NCBI GenBank assembly: GCA_951406725.2
Contig: OX597825.1
Coordinates: 31,930,001-31,994,000, forward strand
DNA from: Octopus vulgaris
Lineage: Eukaryota
Reading direction: 5' to 3'
Length of the DNA stretch: 64,000 nt
In this document: positions 37,083 to 50,560 of the stretch, in pieces
Numbering within the stretch: the first letter of the stretch is position 1
Layout: each line of letters begins with the position of its first letter
Notes under the pieces: model-generated
What the model was told of the DNA's origin: nothing
Database searches by the model: none
What the model saw: the letters and a program-made list of their open reading frames with translations, nothing else
Made by a program: the position numbers and the translations under genes

Positions 37083-38252
37083 TTGGTAGTTCTGCTGGTG
37101 TACTGATGGTCAGTGATTCTATTTTGAAGAATAACAACTTCAATTACAACCTGCATGATCTAGAAATGGAAGCAAAGCGTAAGAGACACAAGAGTGCTGG
37201 AGACAACCATTTAAAAACGCGTTCCAACAGCATGTTCTCGAATTGGAGACCATCTTGGAGTAGTGCAAATGCTTTCTCAATGCGTTTCTCTGACCTTACC
37301 AAGAAAGAGAAAGTTAGTGAGACCATTGAACAGAAAACAGTAGAGACTTGTCTACTTGCAAACCCTAGTATTGAAGACAGTGGAATCATTTTAGATGAGG
37401 CCAATCAGAATGAGGCTGTGCAGCAGCTACCTAGTGAAAAGGAACCAAGTAAAGAAGCTACTCCTACTGATGAAACTGATAGTAAATCAACTACTAAAAG
37501 CCCCACTAAGAGTTCAATACCTTTGTCTTCTTCATTTAGTGCTCCCATAACAGAAAATGATCCTTTGGGTTTATTTGATAACAATGTAAATGAAAGTGAA
37601 ATGAATAACAATTCTTCTCCCGTCTCCCCTACAAAGCCCTCTAGTTCATTTTCTAAAAAATCCCTTGTACAAACAATAAGTCCTGAAAGGATATTGCGTG
37701 ATATTCGGGCTAGTAATTTGTGCAGCACATTGCATGAAGAGGGGATGGATGATGAAGATTTAGTGAACATAAGGTATGACACAGGTAATCGCAAACTTGG
37801 CGATCTGGGACGGACTAGTAGCTCCCCTGACTGTCTTGCCGATTCAGTCAAAGCTAATTTTAATCATCAAACACCTCAAAAGAAATCAAAGATTTCTTCT
37901 ACGTTGTCATTGGACGAAGCTGGAAAAGTAGATCGCTCACAGGACACTAAGTTACGACGAACTAATAGTCTTCGCCGGCGTAATGAAATGTTGAGTGGTG
38001 TATTGAAGTCTGCGTCTCTTGTATTGAACAAATTGAATGAGCTGAAACAATCCATCACCCAGCCTGGTCATTCTGGATCTAATCTCTCCCTGACTCCTTC
38101 TGAAGACAGAGATAGCGGCACTGGTGACGAAGATAATCATGACGGCCTCTCTGGACTTAAGCAAAGAATGTCAGGGAGTTTAGATTTTCTCAGTCGAACT
38201 GATAACTGCCTTAATGAAGCTTTGACTGAAAACAGACGACAGTCTTCTCATG
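37083..38252 (+). CDS. DENND4: DENND4 exon v (1170 nt Ser-rich linker) GSSAGVLMVS...KRKRHKSA...ENDPLGLF...RRQSSH
   Basis: taacag| ... |gtgtgt; lies inside ORF 36992-38377; phase 1-1; RKRHKS and DPLG motifs. Confidence 0.9.
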
Positions 38253-38417
38253 GTGTGTATTCATACTTTTATTTTTGTTTTTGTTTTAAATTTTTATATG
38301 CTCATGTTTTCATTGATGTTGTCTGCAATTCAACAAACACTCAGATAAATATCATCGCCTTAGGTTGTGTATCATAGTCTACTAACAGTTGGTAATGGCT
38401 ACCCATAACAAATCTCA

Positions 38418-38650
38418 TAAAAAAAATAATAATTATGAAATTATTCTATACAGTGCTCAGGTGCACCACAATTTGTCAGAAAGTGCGTATAAAGCACATG
38501 CAGTAATGTACAAATGTCTGGAAAGCGAACAATGTATGAGTCAGATACATGCTTGTGTGTGTATGGAGGGGAGAAAATCAGGTGTAGTGTTGGCGAATCT
38601 CAGAAAGCATGGAAGTTTTGAAGGATGCAGTGATCCGACAACTAACAACT
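38418..38650 (-). mobile_element. CR1-type LINE 3' fragment, same family as 8600
   Basis: minus strand reads VVSCRITASFKTSMLSEIRQHYT* and ends GTGCACCTGAGCACTGTA like the 8600 copy. Confidence 0.8.
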
Positions 38651-39723
38651 CATGGGACATAGTATCAGAAGTGAATTTGATCTCTTCCATTAGTGCCTGT
38701 TCTCAGCTGTTGTGGTCCGTCTGTAGATATCAAGGGCCAATATCTTTGTGTTACACTTTTGTATCTCAGTGAGTGCCTACTCTAATTTCTGATACAACTA
38801 GGCAACAGTAGGTAAAGTATTTCTCTTGGCAACCAAGTTTAGTCCATTGTTTATAGATGCCCAGTTAAATCTTCTTTTAAAACTGAAATGCTGAAAGACG
38901 ATTCTAGTTAATGCGTTTTGCACATAAATCATTATTTTAATGAATCTTTATGCTTTATTCTAGCAACTGTAAGCGAACAGAAATATTTGATTTAGGAAAA
39001 ATGTGTTGTTAAATAAATTATTTCAGTATTTTTAGTATGTATATTCAATCAATTTATTATAAATATTTAATCAAATCCAAACTTCACTTTTCAACTTGAT
39101 TTGATCTATTTCAACAAATGTAAACACACAAACACTTTTTTGCTCCATTTGTGGTTTGAAAGGCTATTCACTTATCTTGTTTTTATGTTTTGTCTCTTAT
39201 TTCTGTCATTTCATTCTGTAATATTTATCCCTGACAGCTTCCAGCTGTGGCCTATCAAACACTACTAAACATAGTGTGGTGCCCACATCCTCTCACATGT
39301 GTTCAAACCATACTATGTTTAGTTGTTTTATATCCCATTTTACTGTCCTATTTATAATGTTTATTTATCTATACTCGTGTTTTCATGCTTTCTGTGTAAA
39401 CTCCAATTGTAAGGCAAATCATTGACTCTTACATTTATTTATTATTTTTTTTTTGTCATTATTTTGTTTAATTTACTCAGTTCATCTCATTTCACTTTTC
39501 TCATACATCACCATATCATGCATCTTTACATATATAACTGTAGCCTACCAGATTTACTCACAATGCTTCAGTCTATCGCCTTGTGAGTGAATTTGGCAGG
39601 CAGAAGTTCCGTCATGTGTGTGTGAAAGTGCTTGTGTCTTCTTTGAGACATATACACATGCACAGGTGTCTATATATAATTTTCCTTTTTTTTTTCTTTT
39701 TTTTTTTTTTTTACCTTTTCAAG

Positions 39724-39973
39724 ATTCAATTTCCTCTCCGACATTTACCGGGCAAGATATTCCTATGATGGAATTCTCTGATTCTTCAACTAAAAGCACA
39801 TCCACAGATAGTTACCTTAGTTATGGCTTATTTGATTTCTTTGAGAAAATGGGAGAAATTACTATTGAAGTTGAGATGACCAGTTGTTGCCGTTGTCCTC
39901 ATTGTCTCTGTCTGCTCTATGACGAAGAGATTATGGCTGGTTGGTCTGCTGATGATTCAAATCTAAACACAAG
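39724..39973 (+). CDS. DENND4: DENND4 exon w DSISSP...[32 protein letters not shown]
   Basis: ttcaag| ... |gttcgt; 250 nt, phase 1-2. Confidence 0.93.
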
Positions 39974-40127
39974 GTTCGTTAATCTCATTGGTCCATACTA
40001 TTTGTCTCTAGTCACCTTTTAAATGAAATTTATGTCTTTAATTAACCTTGTATAACATTACAAATATCAAAGTAACATGATGCTTTTTATTTATTTATTT
40101 GGTTTGTTTTTTTTCATCTTTCATTAG

Positions 40128-40179
40128 TTGTACTTTTTGTGCCAAAAAGCTTGTCCCACGCATACAGATATTCATCAAG
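40128..40179 (+). CDS. DENND4: DENND4 exon x CTFCAKKLVPRIQIFIK
   Basis: cattag| ... |gtatgt; 52 nt, phase 2-0; completes the CxxC...CxxC motif. Confidence 0.93.
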
Positions 40180-40786
40180 GTATGTCTTTTTTTTTTATTC
40201 ATTGTTGAATATTATTTTAGCAAAGTGATTCAGAAGCAATTCCTTATAAAATGTGTGTCTATAAAATCCTCATTATTTAAAATCCACTACCTATGCTGGT
40301 ATAGGTTGAATAGATCGTTACAAGTCAATCAGTTCTTATTCAGAGATACTACTCTTCTAGGTGGGTGAAATAATTATGGCTCCCGCTAACATTTCAGTGT
40401 GTGTGTGTGTTAGTTCTGCTCACTTTCGTATCAAATTATTAGTTTCATGCTTCAAGGCAAATTCTCTGATAGGGTTTAGCTGCTGGTAAAATTCTCATGT
40501 ACAGTCAGATGATAAACAGACATACTCTCAGATACAGCGTTGTGACTCTGTGTGTTCAGTGTTGTACTAAAATGATTTTTGATTGTTAAAACCCTTCTAG
40601 AAAATGTCAAGCTAACAAATAAGCAACATTGATCTTGTCTGAACGTCATTCTTTTTGCAAGATCTTAGATTGTCTTTTTTTTTTTTAAGATCATAATCTC
40701 TCCCAAAATAATTCGTATTCATTTGCAGAATTGAACTTTCCTTCTTCTGTATACTGAATGAGAGCTTTATTGATTTATTTACACAG

Positions 40787-41358
40787 GATGCAAGGAAACA
40801 TTTAAACAAGGGAACTTCCCCGGTCAAGGATCAAGATAAGTCATCGTCTGTATTTGGATCTCCTCGTAAAGATAAAAGCAATGCAGTTACAACAGAATCA
40901 AGTGAGAAAAGCAAAACCTCCTCAAATCCACCATCGCAGAGGACGAGTATCTCCTCAACGTTTAGTTGTGATAAAGGTGACAATGATGAAACAACTTCTG
41001 AAGAAGGTACACAGAATTCAGTGCAGTCAGAAAGTCAGGAGTGTGTGAACGAATGCAGTCCTGAATGTGAAACCATCTCCAGTGAGGCGTCAAATGAACA
41101 GAGTTCCACTGACGTGACGACAGATTCATGCAACAATAACAACAACAAACATGTCAAGTCAAACCGTTACCGTAGTACGAGTGAGTGCCTTACAGCATTT
41201 ACATCATCTTCTGCTGTGTACAGTTCATTATATGATGATAAGGGTTCAAACCTGGAGTCTCCTACATCGTGTCCAAGTACAGCCACCACAAAGACTGGGC
41301 AGCAAGAATTAAGGAATTCAACGTTATCCTCTGAAATTAAGAGAGATTTTATATCTGG
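40787..41358 (+). CDS. DENND4: DENND4 exon y (low complexity) DARKHLNKGTSPVKD...EIKRDFIS
   Basis: acacag| ... |gtaagc; 572 nt open frame, phase 0-2. Confidence 0.88.
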
Positions 41359-41977
41359 GTAAGCTATTGCACATTTTTATTTTGTTGCTTTATTCTTTAT
41401 ACTCTGAGTTCAAATTCCACCAACAAGAATATAACAAAGAATAGTTATTTTAAGATGCTTTGTCTTAAGTCTACCCCTTCAGTATTAACTATGTGGATTT
41501 TACACCAACTCGACAATCAAACACTTTCTAATAAATAGTTTCAAAGGAAATTACATATTTCATGGTTTCACAATTATGGTTTTCAAAGTAACAATAGAAT
41601 ATCAACATATACTGTTAACTTTATTAATTGTTATTATTTTGAAATGTTCATATTTATAAAATTGCAGTAAAATGTTTTTGATTTAAACTCAATTGAAATA
41701 AGTCAAAAATATGATTAAAAAAAAAAGAAGAAAAATAACTGAAAATTTTCATTCACAAGATTTAAAATGAATATAAAATGTTTTTTGTACTTCCCATTTA
41801 ATTTTACTTAATTCAATATCTATTTTATTGTTGTGTGAAATATTAAGCAGAAATGTAGAATATTAGAAAAATTTACTCAGTGGGTGAAGATTCCCTTTCC
41901 TGCTTTATCATCTTTCATTATAAATCATGCTTTATCGTCTTTAATTATAATTTTCTGTCTTTTATCTCCATCTTCAG

Positions 41978-42128
41978 CAAATCTATTATCTTGGAACCTA
42001 TCACTTTTCCTTATTTGAGTCCACTCGTATTACGCAAAGAGCTGGAGAATGTTGTTGAAAGCGACGGAGATTTATGTTTATTAGAATCTAATTTTGTTGA
42101 TGAACATCCAATCATATTTTGGAACATG
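41978..42128 (+). CDS. DENND4: DENND4 exon z [23 protein letters not shown]...HPIIFWNM
   Basis: cttcag| ... |gtaagt; 151 nt, phase 2-0. Confidence 0.96.
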
Positions 42129-42634
42129 GTAAGTATTCTATCTCAAGTTTTTTACATTTTGTTTTTTGACTTTGGTTGGAGTGTTGAAATATTTTAAGCT
42201 AAAGTGTAGCAATTAGTTTAATAGTTGATATTTAACTGCTAGTCACTTCTAATCAAACTGATCTTGTGCTATAGTTTTGGACCAACCAAAGCCTTATGAG
42301 TGAAACTCATTGCATGGAAACTATGCAGAAGCCCATCAGATATGCATATGCATAGGATGGCAGAATTATATTGTCCAGCTAAAAAATACCTTGTGGTATT
42401 TGGTGACATCCCTTTATGCCCAAGTCAATTTGTTTGATATACTCATTGTAAGGTTGATACAGCCACCTAAAATCCTTTGTGAGTGGCTCTCCCACATGAA
42501 AGCAGTTCCATCACTGAAACAAGAAAAAGAATATGAATGAGTGTGTGTGTGTGTGTGTGTTTTTTTTTTTTTTTAACCAAATTTTTTTATTAAAAAAACC
42601 TGAAAATTGCTTTGCTTTACTTCTTCCCAAACAG

Positions 42635-42715
42635 GTTTGGTACTTCAGACGCATAGCTGTTCCTTGTCATCTTTCAGGACTTGTCTTAAAGTCAAAAATG
42701 CTTAAATCTCTTGAG
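42635..42715 (+). CDS. DENND4: DENND4 exon aa VWYFRRIAVPCHLSGLVLKSKMLKSLE
   Basis: aaacag| ... |gtttgt; 81 nt, phase 0-0. Confidence 0.93.
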
Positions 42716-42839
42716 GTTTGTTTGCAAATACAGTTTCTTTCATAATTTATTCCATCCATCTCATCCATGGGATTTTCTTTTTATTTCACTCAGTTGTAAT
42801 TACCTGGTTTTATTATTTGTCTCTTTTTATTTCTACCTT

Positions 42840-43140
42840 GTTTGTTCCTTCTCAAGCTGCACCTGGCTCATAGGGCCAGTTTCCCAGTTTCCTTGGCATA
42901 TAGTTTCCTCACCTGGATGGGACTCCGGTCCGTCGCAGGTGAGCTGCAAGATGCAAGAAGAAAGAGTGAGAGAAAGTTGTGGTGAAAGAGTCAGCAGAAG
43001 TTCGCCATTACCTTCTACCAGAGCCACGCGGAGCTTAGGTATTTCGCTCATAAACACACAAATCGCCCGGCCTGAGATTCAAACTTGCGATCCTTCGACC
43101 GCAAGTCCGCTGCTCTAACTACTAGGCTATGTGCCTCCAC
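42840..43140 (-). mobile_element. Full-length tRNA-derived SINE (family D) with 11-bp TSD
   Basis: ATTTCTACCTT at 42829-42839 and 43141-43151; tRNA-like head GTGGAGGCACATAGCCTAGTAGTTAGAGC. Confidence 0.9.
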
Positions 43141-43699
43141 ATTTCTACCTTAGTAGAACAAAAAAAATTACTTTTTGTAATTTAATAATGAAAAGATACC
43201 CTTAGTAGTTTTTGAGCAAAACACTTCATTTCACATTGCTCCAATGCACTCAGCTGGCAAAACTGAGTATTCCTTTAACAGACTGGCATCCTGTCCATTG
43301 GAGAATACATGTACCAAGGAAACCAGGAAACTGACCCTATGAGTCTGGAAGGATCTTTATTCTTTATACAGTCGATGCATTGTTTGATTCTCATAAGTTA
43401 TTCGGTTCACTTTTTCCATCAATAATATTAATACGCTAAGCGTTTTTTGTTTTTGTATGTCCCTGTGGTGTGTGTCACACTTACTTCAAAGGAAGAGATA
43501 AAAAGGTTGAAGGGAGAGTAGATATACTTGAAGTGAGTGGCAAAGCGGGAGAGAGACAGTGAGTGGTAACGGCATACGTTTTGTGTTTTTAAATGTTTAT
43601 CATTATTTTCAGAGTAGCTGATACATCATAAGTAGATACATAGACACATTGTTACAACAAATATTGGATGTCACACTTTTCATTACCACATGAGGATAA

Positions 43700-44440
43700 A
43701 ATTCACCTGCAAGTGGTTGAGTACTCCACAGACATGCATACCATTAACATAGTTCTTAGGGAGATTCAGCCTCATACAGAATATGACAAGGCTGACTCCT
43801 CTGTATTACAGCTACAACTCATTTTGGCCAGCTGAGTAGACTGGAGCAAGATAAACCTTCAAATGGTTGGAAGAAAATGCAAAAAGATATAATACAGGGG
43901 CAGGAAAATCTTTTTAGTCATTAGGGTCACTATGGGTGTTAATCTGGTCCTGACAGCAGCATTTGTGGGTTTCACAGATCTGGAGGCCAAGCCCCCAGAT
44001 AAACACTGATGTGCAGACTGTTGTTATCAAACTGAACGTGGGTTGAGGGCAAAGTCACAATACGACAGAATAACAATTATTTCATTTTAGCTTTCACTGC
44101 CTATTACTAAACACATGACATTTTTACTTTATGATATGGAACATTTCCTTTTCTTTCACTCTTTTCTAAAAAATAGCAATCCATCGGTTACAACGACAAA
44201 GTTCCTGTTTATCTGATCAACGGAGCATTCAGCTTGTAAAATAAACACACAAGTAGATGAGTACTCCACTGACCTGCATTCCATAACGTAGTTCTCAGGG
44301 AGTTTCAGCCTCGCACAGAATGTGACAAGGCTGACCCCTTTGAATTACAGCTACAACTCATTTTTGCCACCAGGAATCATACTCATGACTTTACTATCAT
44401 GGACCAAATACCCCTAACCACTGAGCCATGCACCTTCACT
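43700..44440 (-). mobile_element. Two partial copies of SINE family E
   Basis: GAGTACTCCAC..GTTCT.AGGGAG.TTCAGCCTC..ACAGAAT.TGACAAGGCTGAC at about 43720 and 44260; opposite-strand copy at about 61050-61170. Confidence 0.75.
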
Positions 44441-45269
44441 CTCTCAACCATAAAGAAAAGGAGTGAAGTAATAGCGACAAAGAATGGAAAGCATTAGTCA
44501 TTTAAAATGACAATTAGACTGAAATACAATCAATCTTTTCTAGCTTCTTTACTTTTAACAACGAAGAGGGAAAGACATTTAGTAATGTTTGGTTTGATTA
44601 GCTTCAGACATACATAAATAGATACATGGATATGCAATTGTGTGTGCATATACAGTGATGGATTTGAGGGTTTCGTTGATTTTTTTAATTTTACCAGTGT
44701 ATAAATACCAAAATGGTGAAACATTTCTCAAATTCTATGCAATATTTTCCATAGCTATTTCATTTTGTTCACTTTCCTTTACATATGAATCAACCCTCAT
44801 CTGTGTGTAGAGAGAGAGAGAGAGAGATCATGGTATACGTATGTGCATAGACACGTGTGGGTACATACATAGATATGTGATTGTGTGTATGTACACTGAT
44901 GGATTCTAGAGTTTCGTTTATTTATGAGTTGGTTTCTTAATGTCACATGAGTATAGATAATGGTGATACTTAACAAAAAAAAAAAATTAATTCAGTTCAA
45001 TGAAAAAGTATGGGTAAGCAACACATTGTAAGCCACACTATAAATTTCAGGAAAAATTTATCTGCCCGCAGGATATGCATTGCCCCTCTGATGCTTTCTT
45101 TTTCATTTGTTATTTGTGGTTCTTATTTTTGAATTTCTGAGTACTTCAAACAAACCAAAAAACATACAATGTGCTCGCACTCTTACATGCACTGTTGTAT
45201 AAACACACAGTCACATATATATACCTCAGTCATTGTGTTTAATGTTGATGACCTTATTTTGTTTTCCAG

Positions 45270-45393
45270 TTGGATGAACCTGTTAATAATGGCATGAAAC
45301 TGAACAGTAGAAATGTCAGTGTTCGTACCATGTGGGACAATGTGAAGATGAACGATGAAATGGGCTTGCCAATGTACATGGCATGGAGAGCAG
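45270..45393 (+). CDS. DENND4: DENND4 exon ab LDEPVNNG...VRTMWDN...PMYMAWRA
   Basis: ttccag| ... |gtacaa; 124 nt, phase 0-1. Confidence 0.92.
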
Positions 45394-45974
45394 GTACAAA
45401 CATTTCAAACCTAATAAACCAAGTTTTTTCAGTTGTATTTAGAACTTTGTTGGTTTACAATACTTAGTTCAGGAATGTTGTTATTTTAGTGCTGATGATG
45501 TTAGTAATGATCCCTACATAAAGAAACTATGACAGTGGTTGTTTAACTTTAACCATTTTGATACCATCTCACCTCTGACCTCTTCTGGTTCCATGATTAC
45601 CAATTTCCTGTTTCAAAGTGATCTAAATTAAAACTTTCTTCCATCAAAATTTCAGGCTAATTTAGATTCCAAATACCAGCTTGATAAGGACAAAACTATT
45701 TTACTAAATGCTTCATTACTTTCAAAATCATTTGAAACTAAGACAGCGTATTTTAAAAGAAATATAACAGAAGGGATAGGCCAGTCCTGATGCAGCAGAC
45801 CTACAATCAAAAGCATTTCAAATGTGACCATCCTGTCATTCCAGGGTTATGAACAACAAGAATATCTAGCTTGTCAGTTTCTTTCCCAATATGACAAAGT
45901 GTAACTTGGAGATTTGCCTACTGCCGAGCAGCCTCATAGTTCCTTTGTTAATTAATTGTGTTGTGGTATGATGG

Positions 45975-46309
45975 CGGTGAAGGCACATGATTCAGTGGTT
46001 AGAGCGTTGATCATGAGATTGTGATTTCGATACCTGGACTGGGCTGTGTGTTGTGTTCTTGAGCAAGACACTTTATTTCACATTGCTCCATTTCACTCAG
46101 CTGTAGAAATGAGTTACAACGTCTATAGTAGTCAAGCTGTATCGGCCTTTGCCTTTCCCTTGGATAACACTGGTGGCGTAGAAAAGGGAGGCCGGTATGC
46201 ATGGGTGACTGCTGGTCTTCCATAACAACCTTGCCCGGACTTGTGCCTCGGAGGGTAACTTTCTAGGTGCATTCCCATGGTCAGTCATGACCAAAGGGGG
46301 TCTCAGCAA
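45975..46309 (+). mobile_element. tRNA-derived SINE family C with 10-bp TSD
   Basis: GGTATGATGG at 45965-45974 and 46310-46319; TTGTGTTCTTGAGCAAGACACTTT core; second copy at 50961-51272. Confidence 0.9.
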
Positions 46310-47524
46310 GGTATGATGGTAATTATGTCTGGCCTATTATGGAAGGTTGAATTTAGTGACTGAATGGGTTGATGTTGTGGTAATGTTCTGGTGTCTGGAT
46401 GCCTAAATGTTTGTGTATTATTGAACATGTTTATCCCCAGGTCATTCCTGATCCATCGGAATCACATTTAAAACTGATCAGCATGAATAATGGCTATGTA
46501 ACCAAGAATTTTGCTTTGGAAGGACATGGTTAGGGATATGGTTTAGTTGGTGTCCTGTACTATAACTGAATCAATCAGTGCCATGTGAGTGAGAAATGTA
46601 GACAAACAGAAGAGAACTGTGTTGTGTGTGTGAGAGTGAGTGACAGTGTGTGTGTCCCCAACCTAGCATTTCAGCAAAAGAAATCAATAAAATAGTTACA
46701 GGCTTTAAAAAAAATGAGTACTGGGATCAAATTGTTTGACTAAAATTCTTCAAGGTAGTGCCCCAGCATGGCCCACAATCTAATGACTGCAACAAGTAAA
46801 AGGTAAAGGAGATATAGAATATAGATAAACGATGTATGAGTAAATTCATATTTCCTCTCCTCATGCATTTGCTGATTGTAAACAAAAAGGCCAATTCAAA
46901 CATTCATTTGTATCTAGTTCTCCACGTAATCAGGTCCAGGCAGTTTCTTGGTTGATAGACTGAGGGATTATCACACTGCTTGAAAACAAATGAGGGTTGG
47001 TATCATGATGGGTATCCAGCTGTAGAAAACTCTGCCCCACCATAGTTTCACTTGACTCGTCTATATACGGAAAAGTAAATGTTGATGTTCCAGCCATAAC
47101 CATCCTGTCTGTATTTCAGACATGTCTCTAAAACTGAATTATCAAATGTGACACGCTCTTTTTAAGAGTTTAAAGTGTGATTTTAGAGAAATTTAGCTGC
47201 TGTTTCCAGGTTGAGTAATCACATGCATATCTCTCGTTAGCTTATAGTCGGTCAGTCATGTAGTCAGTGGGTCTTAGTGAGTTGGTGTTGCAGTCACATT
47301 TTTGTATGTAGTTGATGTGCCAAGGTTTTTATACTTGGCCAACAGACAGATAACAAGTGCTGAGGAGTTGATACTGTCTTAGCATCACAGTATATGATAA
47401 GATCTTTGGATATTTAGATGTAGAAAGTTGTGTATAAATATTTTTAAGGTTTAGTTTTCATTTGAACCAGAAAATAGTTTTTCCCATTGTTAATACATGT
47501 CTCTTCTCACTTTTCTATTTCCAG

Positions 47525-47582
47525 GTCGTGCATCTGCCATTGTTGATGCTCTTGTGACAGATTCTCAGATATACTCAAGACC
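47525..47582 (+). CDS. DENND4: DENND4 exon ac RASAIVDALVTDSQIYSR
   Basis: ttccag| ... |gtatgt; 58 nt, phase 1-2; bridges the frame. Confidence 0.88.
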
Positions 47583-49635
47583 GTATGTTATCACTGAATT
47601 CTTTCCCTTCCATTTCATATCTTTTTTTTTCTTTTTCGATTTAACAAAGTCAAACTAGTTTACCGAAATATCAACCGGGAACATCGATGTTAAATGACAA
47701 CAACTGCTTTACTCAAGAATTTCTACTAAACACTTAGTATACTGCTGGCATTGGTGAAATGCACCTTTAGGTGGTTCCTCTTTATAACTGGAAGGACTTA
47801 TTCTCTGAAAGTAATAACTTTACCAAAGATACAGGTCATCAGAGGGTGACAGAATACAAAGTGTCTACCTCTTTCATTAGTAACTCGTTTACTAACCCAG
47901 CTGTTGTCATAGTTTAATTGTAAATATAGAGAAAGGGTTAAGAGCAAAGCAAGCTTTCAAAATGAAATTCAGAAGTGCATTGCTGTTTCCAGGAGAGACA
48001 CAGTGACAAAAGTTTACACTTGCACACCATTACAGATGTATACACGCACACACGTACATACACACGTGCATGCATACACATAGAGAAAGATACATAGACG
48101 CATAGAAACATGTTGAGTGTCTATAACTAGGTTTTATATGACTGACAAAATGTTTTAATACCCAAGGAATGTATTGGTTTTTGGTACAAGGCCAGCGGAG
48201 GTGGTAAGTTGATTACATCGACCTCAGTATTTCACTGGTACTTAATTTATCAACTCCAAAAGGATGAGAGGCAAAGCTGACTTCGGCAGAATTTGAACTT
48301 GGCATTTTGTTGCCTGGCATGTTAACAATTCTGCCAGCTCACTGCCTTCTCTAAGAGATATATTAACAAAATAAGTAAAAAGGATGATAACTGTGTGTGT
48401 GTGTTAATGGCTACAATGTCTCTTCCCTGATGTAATTGTTTTAGATTCAACACATGATCACAATCAAATCACTTGCTAAACAAATACAAGTCAGAAACAC
48501 ACATATTCGTATGTGTGTGTGTGTATATGAAATTTTGACAGAAAGTTCATTTCCACCAAAACATTACCAAATCTTAAAAATGGATGGTGAGCTGGCAGAA
48601 TCGTTACTGCACCAGACAAAATGCTTTGCAGCATTTCTTCTGACTCATTACATTCTTGGTTCAAATACCACTGAAGTCAACTTTGCCTTTATTCCTTTCT
48701 CATTCAATAAAGTATCAGTTAAGCACTGGGATCAATATTAACTCAAAATTTCCATCCTTGTGCTTGTATTAGAAAGAATTAGTGTATCCTAAAAATTTTG
48801 ATCAAATATTATTTTTCTTAACAGCATCATGTTTATTTTTGTTGTTCTTTTCTTGAAACAGGATTCAGTGATTATTAGCCTATATTGTGGGATTGTTAAC
48901 TTGTAAGGCATATAGTATTTACTGTAAATTTATTTCTACCAAATCTTGCATCACATTTTTTAAAGAAATGTTGCTATAGGCAGTGAAATTAAGATCTATA
49001 CTGAGTGGCTTCAATTAAAGTCTATCCTGGGGAAGCCTTGTCTTGTGAGTTCTCTGGTGACCTTACTAGTGCTGGTCCTATGGAAAAAGGTTCTCAGTAT
49101 CAGTAAAGCGATTGGCCTTAGAGAGAGAGCATCCAACCATAGAAACCATGCCATAGCAAACATTGGAACTCAGCATAGTCCTCTGGTTTGTTGGTTCCTG
49201 TCAAACCCTTAAATCCATTCCACCTTGGAAAACAGACATTAAACAATAATGACAGTGACAAGTCTATACTTGAATTAAAATTCATTCTTCCATGATTGAC
49301 TTGCAGGTTCAGTAGTTATAGAAATTTAAACATAGCATTATTAATTTCCTGATTATGGTCATTGAACCACAGAACTGTAAATTCATTAAAACCACATCTA
49401 GATTAGTTGACTGGTTGTTTGCATTGGTTGACAATTTTCCTTCATAATATCTTGCTGCAGAAAAAAATTCTTAAGCTTTATTGAAATCAGAGGAAGGCCT
49501 GGAGTTGAATTAACAGATATCATACAAGCAGGCATAACTGTTAGTTTCCCTGTTAAAAATTATTTGAAACCAATGCAGCCTATTTTAATAGAAATATGGC
49601 AAGAAAAAGGTTAATCATATTTTCCTCTCTTTCAG

Positions 49636-49808
49636 GTTGATGCAACAAATTATAAGCAACATCCATGTTGTCAACGATATGCTCACTCCAATCAAGCTGT
49701 TAGCAGATGCTCGACGGAGAAAGTCTCGAAAAGGTTACAGACGAAGCTTTTACCGAGAAATATTGTTTTTAGCATTTGTGGCTTGTGGGAAAAACGTTGT
49801 TGATTTGG
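49636..49808 (+). CDS. DENND4: DENND4 exon ad LMQQIISNI...RSFYREILFLAFVACGKNVVDL
   Basis: tttcag| ... |gtgaga; 173 nt, phase 2-1; S.YREILFL motif. Confidence 0.95.
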
Positions 49809-50560
49809 GTGAGAAAATTTTTATAATTCTCTAAATTATATTTTCAATATTCTCTAATCGGTGCTTGACCTACTAGAAATAGCAGCCAACTATCCCTTGA
49901 ATCACATCCACCTGTCTTACAAAGGAACTTCCTAAATACGTAAACAGATGAGATGTCATGGTCTGCAGTTGGTATCACTTTGGCATGCAGTTCGTCTGGC
50001 CATTTACACTGTAGCATGCAGTCTAACCTAAGAATTTGTTGTGAAAACATTTTTGCAAAGGTAGTGAGAGGAGTTTTACAAATACTTTTTGGAGTGTGTA
50101 GATAACATTTACATCAGAATTTAATATGAGAAATATAAATTGGCGGGAAAGCACATATACTGATACACACGACATAAATCTACTAAAGGAAACTTGAAAT
50201 TTCAAAAGAAAATTGTGATGTGTGTAAATATGTATGTGTGCATGCTCACCATTTTTCTTTCCACTTGAAATTCATATAAAATCATAATTTAAACAATCTG
50301 AAAAGCATTTGTAGAAATTTTCATTTCAAAATACCCCTTTTTCCAAAAGTTATAAGGAAACAAAGCCAACTTGTGTGAATTTTTGGAAACCCTGTCCAAT
50401 TTTTGTTCACAACAAATTCCAATATATTTAGAACCTACACTATCTGAAGTGTATCTGTAGAAAATTTCATGAAAAAAATATTAATTTTTCTGGAAATTAC
50501 AAGGAAACAAAATCAGTGGAGCACATTTCTGTAGGTATGCCCATTGTTTTAACATAACTA

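Noticed and set aside
36992-38377. 461-aa ORF as a standalone gene
   Set aside because: It is the large internal DENND4 exon plus intronic read-through at both ends.
44610-44925. Degenerate approx. 60-bp direct repeat about 240 bp apart
   Set aside because: Short and microsatellite-associated, with no structure suggesting function.
46310-46560. Minus-strand STFHNRPDII resembling an R4/Dong endonuclease motif
   Set aside because: A single short motif; the flanking translation does not extend the similarity.
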